Part shown: positions 26,691-47,251 of the stretch, piece after piece
Layout: each line of letters opens with the position of its first letter
How positions within the stretch are numbered: position 1 is the first letter of the stretch
Sequence record: AP019418.1
Length of the DNA stretch: 64,000 nt
Reading direction: 5' to 3' (one strand)
The notes under the pieces: model-generated
The model's database searches: none
Seen by the model: the letters and a program-made list of their open reading frames with translations, nothing else
What the model was told of the DNA's origin: nothing
Position numbers and translations under genes: made by a program

Positions 26691-27383
26691 TTAATTACCA
26701 CTATAAGTACCTTCAGTACCCTGTTCTTTACGTCGTACGAAGCGTTGATGAATTGCACTAAGAGCACGGTCCATTGAATTAATCACTACCTGATTCTCTT
26801 CACATGCAAATGGGCCTGCTTGGTAACCTTCAAATAAATCTTTAACGATTTTAATTAGACAGTCAGCAGTTAGGCCATTTACACCAACTTCTGGAACAAG
26901 TCCATTCTGCATTAGGATAACGCATTCAGTCAGGTTATCACCAGGCATAGCAGCTGGGTTAGTCTGAGCATTATAACCAGTTACCACATAACGTTTAGTT
27001 GCACCTGATTTCTGGTCAATGCCACTTGCTTCAATATTTAGACCATTTTCATCAAAATGTTCATGGCCATAAATACCTTGCATAGTTACCCATCCACCAT
27101 CTTCTTGATAAATCCAATCTACCCCATTTACATGATAAGTATCGCCTGGTTCAGGGTCAGCTGGAAGATCTTTAGTAGTGGTTAATGCACGGATACGCGC
27201 ATATTCTTCAATTGCAATTTGTATATCAGTTGCAGTTATATTCTTCTCAGTTTCAGAAGCTTCGTCATGTTGTGATTTATCACTACCTTCCTTTTGGTCA
27301 TTATCCATATCAGAAGCATCTACTGTACTTTTAGCTTCTTTACTTTCTAAGGAAGCTAACCACTCAAGATTAGGTTTAGACAT
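26691..27383 (-). CDS. Probable head-associated protein with acidic propeptide (start MSKPNLEW)
   Basis: GAGG RBS before 27383; ASLES motif (S-x-E prohead-protease site) and acidic N-terminal segment. Confidence 0.7.
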   Translation of the reverse strand: MSKPNLEWLASLESKEAKSTVDASDMDNDQKEGSDKSQHDEASETEKNITATDIQIAIEEYARIRALTTTKDLPADPEPGDTYHVNGVDWIYQEDGGWVTMQGIYGHEHFDENGLNIEASGIDQKSGATKRYVVTGYNAQTNPAAMPGDNLTECVILMQNGLVPEVGVNGLTADCLIKIVKDLFEGYQAGPFACEENQVVINSMDRALSAIHQRFVRRKEQGTEGTYSGN

Positions 27384-27390
27384 ACTTACC

Positions 27391-27696
27391 TCAATAAATG
27401 AAACCACCAATGTAAAGTGACACTACAACATCGGCAACCCGAGGGTCTTGTGAATATTTAGATTTGACTAGTTTAATAAGTTCGGCTCGATTTTTAATGA
27501 AGCCTAGTTTCTTATTATCAATTTCTTCAGCTTCAATTAGGAAGTCATTTAACTTCTTCTTACTACCCAGTACATTAATCACCATTTGATCAATAACTGC
27601 ATTAGTATTTGATAGTTTAGTTAACTCTTGTTCAAAAACTTCCTTACGTCCTTCTGATCCAATTAGAGCTAGACCGATCTTTTTAAGTAGAGACAT
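27391..27696 (-). CDS. Hypothetical protein (101 aa)
   Basis: AGG RBS, in the tail gene run. Confidence 0.75.
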   Translation of the reverse strand: MSLLKKIGLALIGSEGRKEVFEQELTKLSNTNAVIDQMVINVLGSKKKLNDFLIEAEEIDNKKLGFIKNRAELIKLVKSKYSQDPRVADVVVSLYIGGFIY

Positions 27697-27754
27697 GTTA
27701 ATTACCTATTACATTGGTTTAAGAATGGTTACAATAAATAACTATTCCAAGTAT

Positions 27755-36530
<8,776 letters not shown>

Positions 36531-36593
36531 TGACGATTAGTAAAGTATCATATCGTTGTTTAACTTAGTATTACCAAAATAGGAAAATAGAAA

Positions 36594-38246
36594 ATGAAGA
36601 AGGCATTAGTTCCTTTTAATTGTTCTTTACTTATTCCTACTAAAGAACAATTAAAGTTCTTAGGTCAAGTAAAGAGTCATGAGATATTTGAAGGTTTAGG
36701 TGGTAACTTTCATGAAGATGGTTTGTTCTCTGTTTCCATTTTTGGAAGAGTTGGATCAACTGATCGTGAGAGTTTATTTGGATATATTCATTTAGGTTTA
36801 GAACTTATCCATCCAGCTGTATATCGAAACTTAATTAAATTAAAAGCTTTCTATGAAGAAATTATTCTTGGTAAGGCATTTGCAGTATTTGACGAATCTA
36901 TTAAAGATTTTATCCGCGCCGATGAACTAACTGGTAAAACTGGTTATACATTCTTTTTTGATAACTGGAAACGAATTGACTTTGGGTCCACTAAGTCAGG
37001 GGTTCGGCTATCAAGGTTACAATTAATCGAAAAATATAAAGATAACTGTATTTTTAAAGACATGCTTGTAACACCAGCCGCTTATCGTGATGCAGAGATT
37101 GATGAGAATAATCGTGTTGAGATGGATGAGATCAATGAACATTATAGATATCTATTAAATCAGTCGTTTGGTGTACCTGATAGCTTTGGACCAAATGATG
37201 ACTTGAGTATCTATGATCGCAAACGAGTAGCAATGCAAAACACCGTATTAGCTATTTATGAACATTATGAACGACTGCTATCCGGTAAACGTGGATACAT
37301 TCAATCTAAATGGGCATCCCGTCGTATTGCCAATGGTACACGTAACGTCATTAGTTCGCTAGATACTAATGCTGCTGATCTTGATTCACCTAATCGACCA
37401 ACATTCAAAGATGCCGTAGTTGGCTTACATCAAGCAGCTCGTTCAGTTGCACCGCGTACAATCTTTGCACTAAGGCAAGGTGTAGTTGGTGAAGTGTTTG
37501 ATACAGTTACTAACACTGTACAGCTCATCAATAAGAAAACACTACGTTTAGAATGGGTTGATATCTCTAACGAAGATATGGATCTATGGGGAACTCCTGA
37601 AGGGCAAGAACAAATCATCAATGAGCTAGATGTCATTGAAAAACGCTCACGTGCAATTGAAATTGCTGATCATTATCTAGCCCTTATTTACGTTGATGAT
37701 AAACAGAATTTTAAAATATTCCGCAACATCGATGAGTTACCTACTAATCTAAATAAGAAATTTGTTAGACCTATTACTTATGCCGAATTAGTTTACCTTA
37801 GTGGATTAAGTATGTGGCGAACAAACTCAGCGTTTGTTACACGATATCCTGTAGAAAACTACAATAGCTCTATCCCCTGTAAGATGTATGTTAAAACAAC
37901 CGTAGTGGGTGAATTACGTTATCCGTTAAATGATCAATGGGAACGTGATGATACGTTGGAACCAGCCTTAGAATTCCCTGTGTTTGAATTAAATAAACCA
38001 GCCCAGTGGCATGACTCAGTATCCATCTCTCCTTCTATTCTCGCGCCATTGGGGGCGGATTTCGACGGGGACACTGTATCATTTAACGCAGTTTATTCAG
38101 AGGAAGCTATCGCTGAAACAGATGCTTTCTTTAAGAAACGTATTGCATATATACATGCCGATGGTCGACTGGCATTTAGTGTTGGTGTCCATACACTCAA
38201 TTTAACTCTTCGGTACATGACTGGGGAACCCAAACAAAGGGATTAA
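36594..38246 (+). CDS. Virion RNA polymerase beta' subunit, N-terminal part with catalytic motif (gp180-like), uninterrupted
   Basis: GLFSVSIFG, GKRGYI, RYP, LGADFDGD Mg-binding motif. Confidence 0.95.
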   Translation: MKKALVPFNCSLLIPTKEQLKFLGQVKSHEIFEGLGGNFHEDGLFSVSIFGRVGSTDRESLFGYIHLGLELIHPAVYRNLIKLKAFYEEIILGKAFAVFDESIKDFIRADELTGKTGYTFFFDNWKRIDFGSTKSGVRLSRLQLIEKYKDNCIFKDMLVTPAAYRDAEIDENNRVEMDEINEHYRYLLNQSFGVPDSFGPNDDLSIYDRKRVAMQNTVLAIYEHYERLLSGKRGYIQSKWASRRIANGTRNVISSLDTNAADLDSPNRPTFKDAVVGLHQAARSVAPRTIFALRQGVVGEVFDTVTNTVQLINKKTLRLEWVDISNEDMDLWGTPEGQEQIINELDVIEKRSRAIEIADHYLALIYVDDKQNFKIFRNIDELPTNLNKKFVRPITYAELVYLSGLSMWRTNSAFVTRYPVENYNSSIPCKMYVKTTVVGELRYPLNDQWERDDTLEPALEFPVFELNKPAQWHDSVSISPSILAPLGADFDGDTVSFNAVYSEEAIAETDAFFKKRIAYIHADGRLAFSVGVHTLNLTLRYMTGEPKQRD

Positions 38247-38248
38247 TC

Positions 38249-41200
38249 ATGCGCTTAAATATTACACAGTTTCTGAAAAATTATAGTGTACGCGAATATG
38301 CTAAACTTCAGTCACCTAAGTTGCATGCTCTAAATAAACTTGATCTACCTTTCGAATCCATTTATCAGTTCTTCGATGGTAATAATGCAGTAATGGGTCC
38401 TAGTCAAACAGACCCATTATTCTCCAAACATCAAGGTAAAGTATATATTGAGCATGTTACTGATATGCTTACATTTGAAGGTAATCCACGTAGGACTTCA
38501 AATATCCCAGCAACAATGATTCAAGAGTTTCGCCGCCAGAACCGTTTCTTTAAACCTTTACGCAGTGATACCGGTTTTAAATTATCAAACCAGAACATTC
38601 TGGTAATGAATTATAATTTAATTAACCCTCAATGGAATTATATGGCTTCTTATAAAGCTACATGGTTCCGTTGGTCAAATGACATGCGTACATTCTGGAG
38701 TGGCGTAGCGGCTGCATGTGAACGTTTTCCTGGTTGGAACCAGTTCATTGATGTACACTTACCTGAGTTAGTTCCACCTCCTTCTTCTTTTAATAAACTA
38801 CGAGGGGGTTTGACTCAAGATCTAGCTAATCAATTCAATACACCTGATATTCTAAATATATTTGATTTAGTTCGCTGGGTTTCTGATGATCGTGAAAGTT
38901 CTTTCATGAATGTCATCGATGCTAAGTATTACGGTAACATTAATCTTTTATTCCGTGTACAAAGTTCATTCTTTGTTATTAACTTAGGGATGCTTGATCA
39001 ATGGCGTCGTGATCCAGAAATTAAAGATGATAAAGGTTATGATACCCAGCAAATAGCTAGGCGCCTTATTTCACTAGTATCAGCGATGGTTGAATATAAC
39101 CAAGGTAATACTTCATTAATTAAAGAAGATATGCCTATCTTTAATGAAGATATTATTGTTGATGAAGAAACTCCGGTTAGTTATGAAGAAGGTGAAGCAG
39201 AAGAGGTTGAGGATGTTGAGTCTAATAACGTTGAAGAAGAAGTAACTGAAGTTGATGTTATTGATGATGTTCAATTTGACCCAACCAACTTAACTAACTT
39301 AATTGATATTGGCGCAATTGAGGTAACATATACCCCACCACCAGAAAGTGATCTTGAGGTAACAAAGCTTATCATTGAAAAAGATCCACTGGAATCTTCA
39401 CCTTCTCGCCAAATTAAAGAAGAGAAGGAACTCATTGTAACAGATGTACCAGAAGATGAGTTATTCATCAATACTGAAGTTGATGAAGAAGATAAACTAA
39501 TCGATGCCATTAGAGCTAAAGCATACGACATGTATCGCGTGAATATGATTTCTGCGAATACATTCGAGCAAGCTCAAGAAGATTCGATTATGTATCGTCG
39601 TCTACCTGATCCATTTACCGATCCTAATGATGAATCAGTAGAACCTATGACGATCGCTGAGGCGATGGAATATCATCCAGATGATCTTAAGATTCCAGAA
39701 GACACCACTTTTGAAGATAAGCCAACCATTGTTGATAAATCAATGTTGGGTAGTAAGTTAAAAGCCATCCAACGCAAATACAACAAGGTCTTATTAAAGA
39801 AAGATATTTTAAACAGTGTGTTATCTGTTCAGAAACAAGGCGTATCAGTAACTAATTACAAAATTGAAACTGTACGCGATTCTGGTAACCATTACCAAAT
39901 CCACAAAGTTACATTAAAGCCTATTCGTGGTAGAAGTTCACAAGTAATGTTCCGTATCCCTGTCATTGATAATGACGGTAGGTTCATGTCTAATGGGGTA
40001 ACATATCGCCAACGTTTACAACGTGCTGATATTCCAATTCGTAAAGTTAATCCACGTAAAGTTGCATTGACCTCTTATTATAATAAGACCTTTGTGACCA
40101 GATCTGAACGTGCTGAAAACAACTTTGATAATTGGTTAATCAGAGCGATTACCAACCGTGCATTAGATGGAAGTGATATGTCTGTACATTCAGTTACCTA
40201 TGCTGAATTAGATCAATCCAACTATGTTCTACCAAGGGTGTACACTACTTTAGGAACAGCTTTTAAAGGCTTCCATAATCACCGTAATGTGTTCTATTTT
40301 AATTTCAAAGATCGTAATGAATTCTTTGCAAAACAAGGATTACATATCGAAGATTATGAAACTGATGATTTGATAATGGTGGGGTTCAATGGCACTGATG
40401 CTATCTTGTTAGATAAGAATTCCATCTTTTACATGAAAACAGGTAATGAGCTAGAACCTATTGGTACCATTACAGATATACTTGGCTTAGATCTAACCAA
40501 AGCGCCGCTAGAAGCTATTCTAATGTCAATTGGTGGTAAAGAGCTACCATTAGGTTTCATTTTAGCATATCACCATGGCTTAAACAATCTACTTAAGAAG
40601 TTGAATGTTAATTATCAGCGTCATCAGCGTGGCACCAGGATTGTTGTCAATAGTACGGATTATACATTAGCGTTCGCTGATGAGATCCTAGTATTTGATC
40701 GAGCTGATTATAAAGCAATGCTTGTATTAAGTGGACTCAAGCGTTATCATAAATCACTGCGGCGTTATTCTGTTTATGATTTCAATAAACGAGATGTTTA
40801 CTTCAGGGTTCTTGAAGAAGCTGGATTAAGTAATAAATTTACACGTGATATTGATACACTCTTCTCAGCATGGGTCGATCCAATCACTGAGGGTCTACTC
40901 AAGGAGATGGGTGAACCAACTACTTTTGAAGGATTGCTTTATCGGTCTGTCGAGTTATTAACGAACGACTGGAGTCCAGCAGAAGTAGATGGTGCATATA
41001 TGCGCTATCGTGGTTATGAGCGCATGGCAGGGGCTATTTTTAATGAACTCAATAGAGCGGTACGTGTATTTAATATGCGTAATGGTGGGTCAGTGCAAAC
41101 TGTCGAGTTAGATCCACACGTGATCTGGCGCAAGATTGTACAAGATCCGACAGTAGCCACTATTGAAGATTCTAACCCCATTGCAAATATCCGTGAACAA

Positions 41201-42604
41201 GAAGCGATGACTTATCGTGGAGATGGTGGATGCGGTCCAACTTCAATGGTTGCACGTACACGTATTTACGGTGAAGCGGATGTTGGTGTGGTTAGTGAAT
41301 CAACTGTGGACTCAGGTGACGTTGGTGTTATTGCTTACTTAGTACCTGATGCTAACTTTGTAAACATGCGTGGTGTTACGCGTATGTTTGATCCAAAGAC
41401 AGATGGGCCAGCTAGACTACTCTCAACTAGTGCACTGCTTGGTGTTGCAACCGAACATGATGACCCTAAGCGAATTAACTTTATCTCAATTCAGCAGCAG
41501 CAAGGTATTTATGCTGATGGGTATACAGTTACACCAGTTCGTACAGGCTATGAACAAATCATAGCCCAAAGGACTAGTTCTATCTTTGCTGTAGCAGCAG
41601 AACAAGATGGTGAGGTTGTAGCTATTGATGAATATGGTATCCAAGTTAAATATGCCGATGGTAATGTATTTGGATATCAATTAGGTACAGTTCATGGCAC
41701 AGCAGCTGGTGTTAACTATCCACACATTCTTGTTACCTCATTAAAGAAAGGTGATAAGTTTAAACGTGGAGATACTATCACATATAACAAACGTTATTTC
41801 TCTGAAGATAGGTATACGCCTGGGCAAGTATTATGGAAAGCCGGTTGTATGGCTGTTGTAGCATTTGATGATAACCTTGACACTTTAGAAGACGGTTCAG
41901 TTATTTCTGAAGACCTAGCTAAAAGGTTAAATACTCAAACAACTGCAATCAAGAATATCGATGTTAGGTTTGATCAGACTATTCGAGATATGGTGAAAGT
42001 TGGGGATCATGTCGACTTAAATTCAATTCTATGTATAATTGAAGATCCTGAAACAGCTGCTCACTCACTATATGACGAGGCATCTATTGAGACATTACGC
42101 AAACTATCAGCATATTCGCCACGTGCTAAGCTCGTAGGTACAGTATCAAAGATTGAATGCTTCTATCATGGTGAAATAGACGATATGACACCAAGTTTAC
42201 AAGCATTAGCTAATACGTCAGATAAACAACGCGCTGAACGAGCTAAATCATTGAAAGAACCTACTTTCACTGGACAAGTAGATGCTAACTATCGAGTGAA
42301 AGGACGAGCCTTAGAATATGACCACATGATTATTCGAGTGTATATCGATCATGATATCCCATGTGGTGTTGGAGATAAAGGCGTAGTAGCTAACCAGATG
42401 AAAACGGTATTCTCCCGTGTAATGACTGGACGTAATGAAACTGAAGATGGCCGTAATATTGATCTACTATTCGGTAATACATCGGTAGAAGAACGAATGG
42501 TTCTATCTCCTAAAATCATTGCTACAACAACTGGTATCTTGTGGGCAGCTGGAAAACATCTTGTAGCTGTATATAGAGGAAACACTAATGCAAAAGCTAA
42601 GTAA
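38249..42604 (+). CDS. Virion RNA polymerase beta subunit, N-terminal part (gp178-like)
   Basis: 1451 aa; ESTVDSGDVG, QQQQ region, DGSVISE, GVGDKGVVANQMK motifs of beta. Confidence 0.93.
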   Translation: MRLNITQFLKNYSVREYAKLQSPKLHALNKLDLPFESIYQFFDGNNAVMGPSQTDPLFSKHQGKVYIEHVTDMLTFEGNPRRTSNIPATMIQEFRRQNRFFKPLRSDTGFKLSNQNILVMNYNLINPQWNYMASYKATWFRWSNDMRTFWSGVAAACERFPGWNQFIDVHLPELVPPPSSFNKLRGGLTQDLANQFNTPDILNIFDLVRWVSDDRESSFMNVIDAKYYGNINLLFRVQSSFFVINLGMLDQWRRDPEIKDDKGYDTQQIARRLISLVSAMVEYNQGNTSLIKEDMPIFNEDIIVDEETPVSYEEGEAEEVEDVESNNVEEEVTEVDVIDDVQFDPTNLTNLIDIGAIEVTYTPPPESDLEVTKLIIEKDPLESSPSRQIKEEKELIVTDVPEDELFINTEVDEEDKLIDAIRAKAYDMYRVNMISANTFEQAQEDSIMYRRLPDPFTDPNDESVEPMTIAEAMEYHPDDLKIPEDTTFEDKPTIVDKSMLGSKLKAIQRKYNKVLLKKDILNSVLSVQKQGVSVTNYKIETVRDSGNHYQIHKVTLKPIRGRSSQVMFRIPVIDNDGRFMSNGVTYRQRLQRADIPIRKVNPRKVALTSYYNKTFVTRSERAENNFDNWLIRAITNRALDGSDMSVHSVTYAELDQSNYVLPRVYTTLGTAFKGFHNHRNVFYFNFKDRNEFFAKQGLHIEDYETDDLIMVGFNGTDAILLDKNSIFYMKTGNELEPIGTITDILGLDLTKAPLEAILMSIGGKELPLGFILAYHHGLNNLLKKLNVNYQRHQRGTRIVVNSTDYTLAFADEILVFDRADYKAMLVLSGLKRYHKSLRRYSVYDFNKRDVYFRVLEEAGLSNKFTRDIDTLFSAWVDPITEGLLKEMGEPTTFEGLLYRSVELLTNDWSPAEVDGAYMRYRGYERMAGAIFNELNRAVRVFNMRNGGSVQTVELDPHVIWRKIVQDPTVATIEDSNPIANIREQEAMTYRGDGGCGPTSMVARTRIYGEADVGVVSESTVDSGDVGVIAYLVPDANFVNMRGVTRMFDPKTDGPARLLSTSALLGVATEHDDPKRINFISIQQQQGIYADGYTVTPVRTGYEQIIAQRTSSIFAVAAEQDGEVVAIDEYGIQVKYADGNVFGYQLGTVHGTAAGVNYPHILVTSLKKGDKFKRGDTITYNKRYFSEDRYTPGQVLWKAGCMAVVAFDDNLDTLEDGSVISEDLAKRLNTQTTAIKNIDVRFDQTIRDMVKVGDHVDLNSILCIIEDPETAAHSLYDEASIETLRKLSAYSPRAKLVGTVSKIECFYHGEIDDMTPSLQALANTSDKQRAERAKSLKEPTFTGQVDANYRVKGRALEYDHMIIRVYIDHDIPCGVGDKGVVANQMKTVFSRVMTGRNETEDGRNIDLLFGNTSVEERMVLSPKIIATTTGILWAAGKHLVAVYRGNTNAKAK

Positions 42605-42785
42605 TAATGTAGCACATGGTCAGAACATTGCTGTTCTTCATGCTGCTGTTAAACTAGGTACTCAAGCAATTCTACAATCGCTTGGTGGCACCACCAGCTC
42701 CCCATCTCTGAATGGGGAGTTTTTAACTGAGGCTGATATTGCAGCAGCTTTAAACGCTCGCTTAATGAAGAACCTCAATATCTAA
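42588..42785 (+). CDS. Small hypothetical protein (65 aa) overlapping the beta stop
   Basis: GAGGA RBS inside the beta 3' end; ends 11 nt before the next start. Confidence 0.6.
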   Translation: MQKLSNNVAHGQNIAVLHAAVKLGTQAILQSLGGTTSSPSLNGEFLTEADIAAALNARLMKNLNI

Positions 42786-42796
42786 GGAGTGTTAAA

Positions 42797-44356
42797 ATGT
42801 TCTGTAAAGAAACCCAAGCTGCGATTGTTGGCTCAGCACGTAGTCTAACTGAGGATAACCTTGTTCTAGTTATCCCTAATGAAACATATCCCCTTGCGGT
42901 CTTTGCAGATGGTTTCAGTGTAGATGGCAACTCTAATAAAGTTGCCCTCTCTGAAGAGCTGGAAGCATCTGTAGAAGAGTTCTTCGAGGAAGCTAACCAA
43001 GAGCAACCTGTTAGTGTAGAAGAAGAGCAAGAAGCTCTGATTGCACATGTCTGCTCATCATTACAAAAGATCCAATTCAATACGCAGAATGTTATTTGCC
43101 CTGCAATTGAATATATGGTACGTGTTTTTAATGAGCGTCAAAGCATTAGTTGTCAACCAGATGTAAGCGCTACATTCTACCACTATAATGCAGTTCATAG
43201 TGATCCCCGCTTAACTGCACACGTTAGTACACGATACAATAATTTACAGCCGCTACCTGAGTATCGTACCTTTATTCTAGAATCAATTGATGCTAATGAA
43301 ATTATTCGGTTAGTGTCAATGGGTAATCCGCATCTAGATCAAACTGAAGTTGAAGAATGGCTACTATCTATTCCTAATAGTGCCGCTGTTATTGAAGGTG
43401 TGTGGAATTCTATCTTCAATGATGGTCGTCTTCTCATTCCAGGTGAACTTGAATATGTTGTGGGTAGGTCCTTCCCATTCACTGTTGATTCACTAGCTCT
43501 GGCTTACATGATTTGCGGTCACTACATCGATAACCCGGTTGAAGTTATTGGCGAGAGTGATGTTGACCTAGAAACATGGTCACTAACTATTCGTAAACTA
43601 CATGAGATGTTTGGATTCTATCTCAAGCGTGCTTATGAACGTCGTCAAGCTGATCGTGATGCAGGTCTACTCATCCTAGCCTCAGAAGCTAATAATGTAG
43701 TTGCTAATTCTCGTTGCAAAGTAATCATTAATGGTGATGTTGCACCTCAATTTGAATTAGCCGGTGGTGACATCCAAGCTATCCTTGGTGCAGCTGTAGC
43801 AGGTAGTAATAACATTTACCTAGAACAGATTCTTAATAACTCAGAACAGTTTATTCAACGTTGGCTATCAGTATATCCGCTGATTAAACAATCGGCTATG
43901 GATAAAGGTTTACGTAAACTACGCAATGACATTCATGAATCATTTATGGGTGGTGTCATTAATACTGAACTTAAAGATCGCCATGTTAATGAACTCGAAT
44001 ATCGTATTAAAGAAGCAATGAGTACGATGACGACTGAAGATCTTAAGAATCCTTATATCACCTTTGGTAAACTTATCTGTAAAACATTCTTTACAGAAAA
44101 TGTTTACTGGCAATATCTGCTAGCAGTTGATGAATTTAGTCAAATGTATCCTGAGGCCACTCTACGTGAACTCAATACACAATCACTAATTTCACTAATG
44201 GCAGCATGGCTGTCTCAACAGATTAAAGTTGAGCGGTTCACTGGTGTTGTTGATCCTTATGCAAAACTACCAGTAAAAGAAGTTATTGAAACTGTAGAAG
44301 ATGATAGCACTGAAACTTTAGATGATGTTGAAATCGAAGAAGAAGTTTCTAATTAA
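42797..44356 (+). CDS. Virion head-associated protein (gp177-like, 519 aa)
   Basis: AAGGAG RBS; acidic N- and C-terminal segments with S/A-x-E motifs; lies between vRNAP genes and the protease. Confidence 0.75.
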   Translation: MFCKETQAAIVGSARSLTEDNLVLVIPNETYPLAVFADGFSVDGNSNKVALSEELEASVEEFFEEANQEQPVSVEEEQEALIAHVCSSLQKIQFNTQNVICPAIEYMVRVFNERQSISCQPDVSATFYHYNAVHSDPRLTAHVSTRYNNLQPLPEYRTFILESIDANEIIRLVSMGNPHLDQTEVEEWLLSIPNSAAVIEGVWNSIFNDGRLLIPGELEYVVGRSFPFTVDSLALAYMICGHYIDNPVEVIGESDVDLETWSLTIRKLHEMFGFYLKRAYERRQADRDAGLLILASEANNVVANSRCKVIINGDVAPQFELAGGDIQAILGAAVAGSNNIYLEQILNNSEQFIQRWLSVYPLIKQSAMDKGLRKLRNDIHESFMGGVINTELKDRHVNELEYRIKEAMSTMTTEDLKNPYITFGKLICKTFFTENVYWQYLLAVDEFSQMYPEATLRELNTQSLISLMAAWLSQQIKVERFTGVVDPYAKLPVKEVIETVEDDSTETLDDVEIEEEVSN

Positions 44357-44401
44357 ATTATCTTAATGGTTAATAATCATTAAAACATGCAATCGATGAT
44401 A

Positions 44402-44431
44402 AACTCCGGTATTTGGAAGGATACCGGAGTA
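44402..44431. promoter_or_regulatory. Strong intergenic hairpin (stabiliser, processing site or terminator)
   Basis: ACTCCGGTAT-TTGGAAGG-ATACCGGAGT 10-bp stem without a plus-strand U-tract. Confidence 0.45.
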
Positions 44432-44503
44432 ATACAGCGAATATTTAAAGGTGCATGATTTTGATTAAGTATTTTAATCTTTACATAAATGAACAATTAG
44501 GAC

Positions 44504-45232
44504 ATGATAATGGACGTACGTTCTCTTCGACGGGATCCAGAACGGGTCCACAGTCATCTAACTGATTTAGAAGATAATTCAGTAGTAACTAATGCCCCAT
44601 GTAAAATACAGATTCCAGAAAGATTTACAGGAAGACATCTAGCTGTTATTGGTAGTGAAGTATTCACTATTGGTATATTTCCTATTATTTTTAATGATGA
44701 ATATTACGCAGTAAATAATACCATTGCAATGATGCGGATAAATCCAATCTCTACTGAACGCGTCCACATCAATGGTGAAGTTTATCTAGAATTTCATTTT
44801 GATAAAGGTAGTAAGATTTTCCAGAATACTTACTTAGTTGTTAATGATACATTAACTTACTATGTCTATGATGAGTTAATTAACAAAGGAAACTTCCCTT
44901 GGTATATTAACTATTATGACAAAGCCAAATTATTTGAGACAGCTAATTTACACGCTGGTGTTAACCTTGGTGGATGGCCTACATTACAACTTATTATTTC
45001 AACCACTCAGCGTGCCTCGGATGATATATCACAACTATATCGACATGTGTTAACTAGACACAGTGATATCGTGGATAATCCACCAGTCGACGTACCATTC
45101 CGTTCAGTTATCTGGAATACTTCAGACACAACATCAAAACTCAATGGGGCTTATTTTGATCAAGGTATCACATCAGCACTTGTTAACCCATCTGAGTCAG
45201 TAGAGCTTATTGAAGAACTCCTCAGGACCTAA
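44504..45232 (+). CDS. Conserved virion protein (gp176-like), probable small vRNAP-associated subunit (beta' C-terminal part)
   Basis: Position just before the protease; C-terminal SKLNGAYFDQGITSAL...ELIEELL resembles the beta' C-terminus; assignment from synteny recall. Confidence 0.6.
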   Translation: MIMDVRSLRRDPERVHSHLTDLEDNSVVTNAPCKIQIPERFTGRHLAVIGSEVFTIGIFPIIFNDEYYAVNNTIAMMRINPISTERVHINGEVYLEFHFDKGSKIFQNTYLVVNDTLTYYVYDELINKGNFPWYINYYDKAKLFETANLHAGVNLGGWPTLQLIISTTQRASDDISQLYRHVLTRHSDIVDNPPVDVPFRSVIWNTSDTTSKLNGAYFDQGITSALVNPSESVELIEELLRT

Positions 45233-45243
45233 GGAGTTGCGTT

Positions 45244-46056
45244 ATGCAACCATATTCTAATTTTTCTGGTTTGCAACAGCGTACTAATAACCAAGTAGTT
45301 ATCGGCAGTGATATGTTAGCCGGTACTAATAAAAAAGGTGTATTAGTACCTGATGCGGATGGTTACTATCTAACTCCACTAGGAGCTTATGGTACCCGAA
45401 ATTCAGCTGGTATGTTCTATGAAATGGCATCCGGCGTATCTATGTTTAATCCAGACTCACCTTTAATGCGCCGTGTTAAAAAGGGTGTTCTATTCATGGA
45501 ATACAAACACCCTGAACCCTATCGTAAAGATGGCACACGGATGAATGAACATGAGTACCTAATGCGAATTCGTCAAATCGATGATGATCGTGTGTGTGCG
45601 CATATTAAGGAACTTATTCTGGTTGATTCTACAGATGAGAAAGGTCTTCCTATTAAACTAGTACTTGGCAAATGCAAACCATACGGTCCTTTTGGTAAGT
45701 ACTTCGAAGCATCTATTACCAATCCTTCTCAGAATACTTATTGCTCGGTAAGGTCAATAACTCAAGATGATCCTATGCGCGGTATCAAATATACCCGTGA
45801 GATTTCAACTTGGGATATGGTTGGGGAAGGTGGTATTTACGGTGCTAATAAATGGAATTCCCCTGCATTAGAGAACTATGAAGATCAATTAATGGTTATC
45901 ACGCCTGATACTCTATATCAGGTACAGCGTGAACGTGAACGTCAAATTAACATGGGTTTTGAATGTTCTGATATCACCAATGTGACAGATCTAGCGAAAA
46001 GTCTTGGCTGGGATATTTCACCAGTTAAACATAGGCGCCCTGGCTTCATGCGTTAA
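45244..46056 (+). CDS. Prohead (head maturation) serine protease (gp175-like)
   Basis: EYKHP, RVCAHIKEL (His), CSVRSIT (Ser), TWDMVGEGGI. Confidence 0.88.
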   Translation: MQPYSNFSGLQQRTNNQVVIGSDMLAGTNKKGVLVPDADGYYLTPLGAYGTRNSAGMFYEMASGVSMFNPDSPLMRRVKKGVLFMEYKHPEPYRKDGTRMNEHEYLMRIRQIDDDRVCAHIKELILVDSTDEKGLPIKLVLGKCKPYGPFGKYFEASITNPSQNTYCSVRSITQDDPMRGIKYTREISTWDMVGEGGIYGANKWNSPALENYEDQLMVITPDTLYQVQRERERQINMGFECSDITNVTDLAKSLGWDISPVKHRRPGFMR

Positions 46057-46069
46057 AAATAAAAAAAGA

Positions 46070-46101
46070 CATAATGCCCTCCCGTAATGGGAGGGCTTAT
46101 G
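46070..46101. terminator. Bidirectional terminator, conserved palindrome family
   Basis: CATAATGCCCTCCC-GTAAT-GGGAGGGCTTATG between convergent genes. Confidence 0.85.
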
Positions 46102-46104
46102 CTG

Positions 46105-47242
<1,138 letters not shown>

Positions 47243-47251
47243 TAAAAACTA

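Noticed and set aside
41231-41233. Cys (TGC) in GDGGCGPTSM of the RNAP beta subunit, where I would expect Arg
   Set aside because: I cannot confirm the reference residue. It may be a natural variant or a base-call error; needs an alignment and reads
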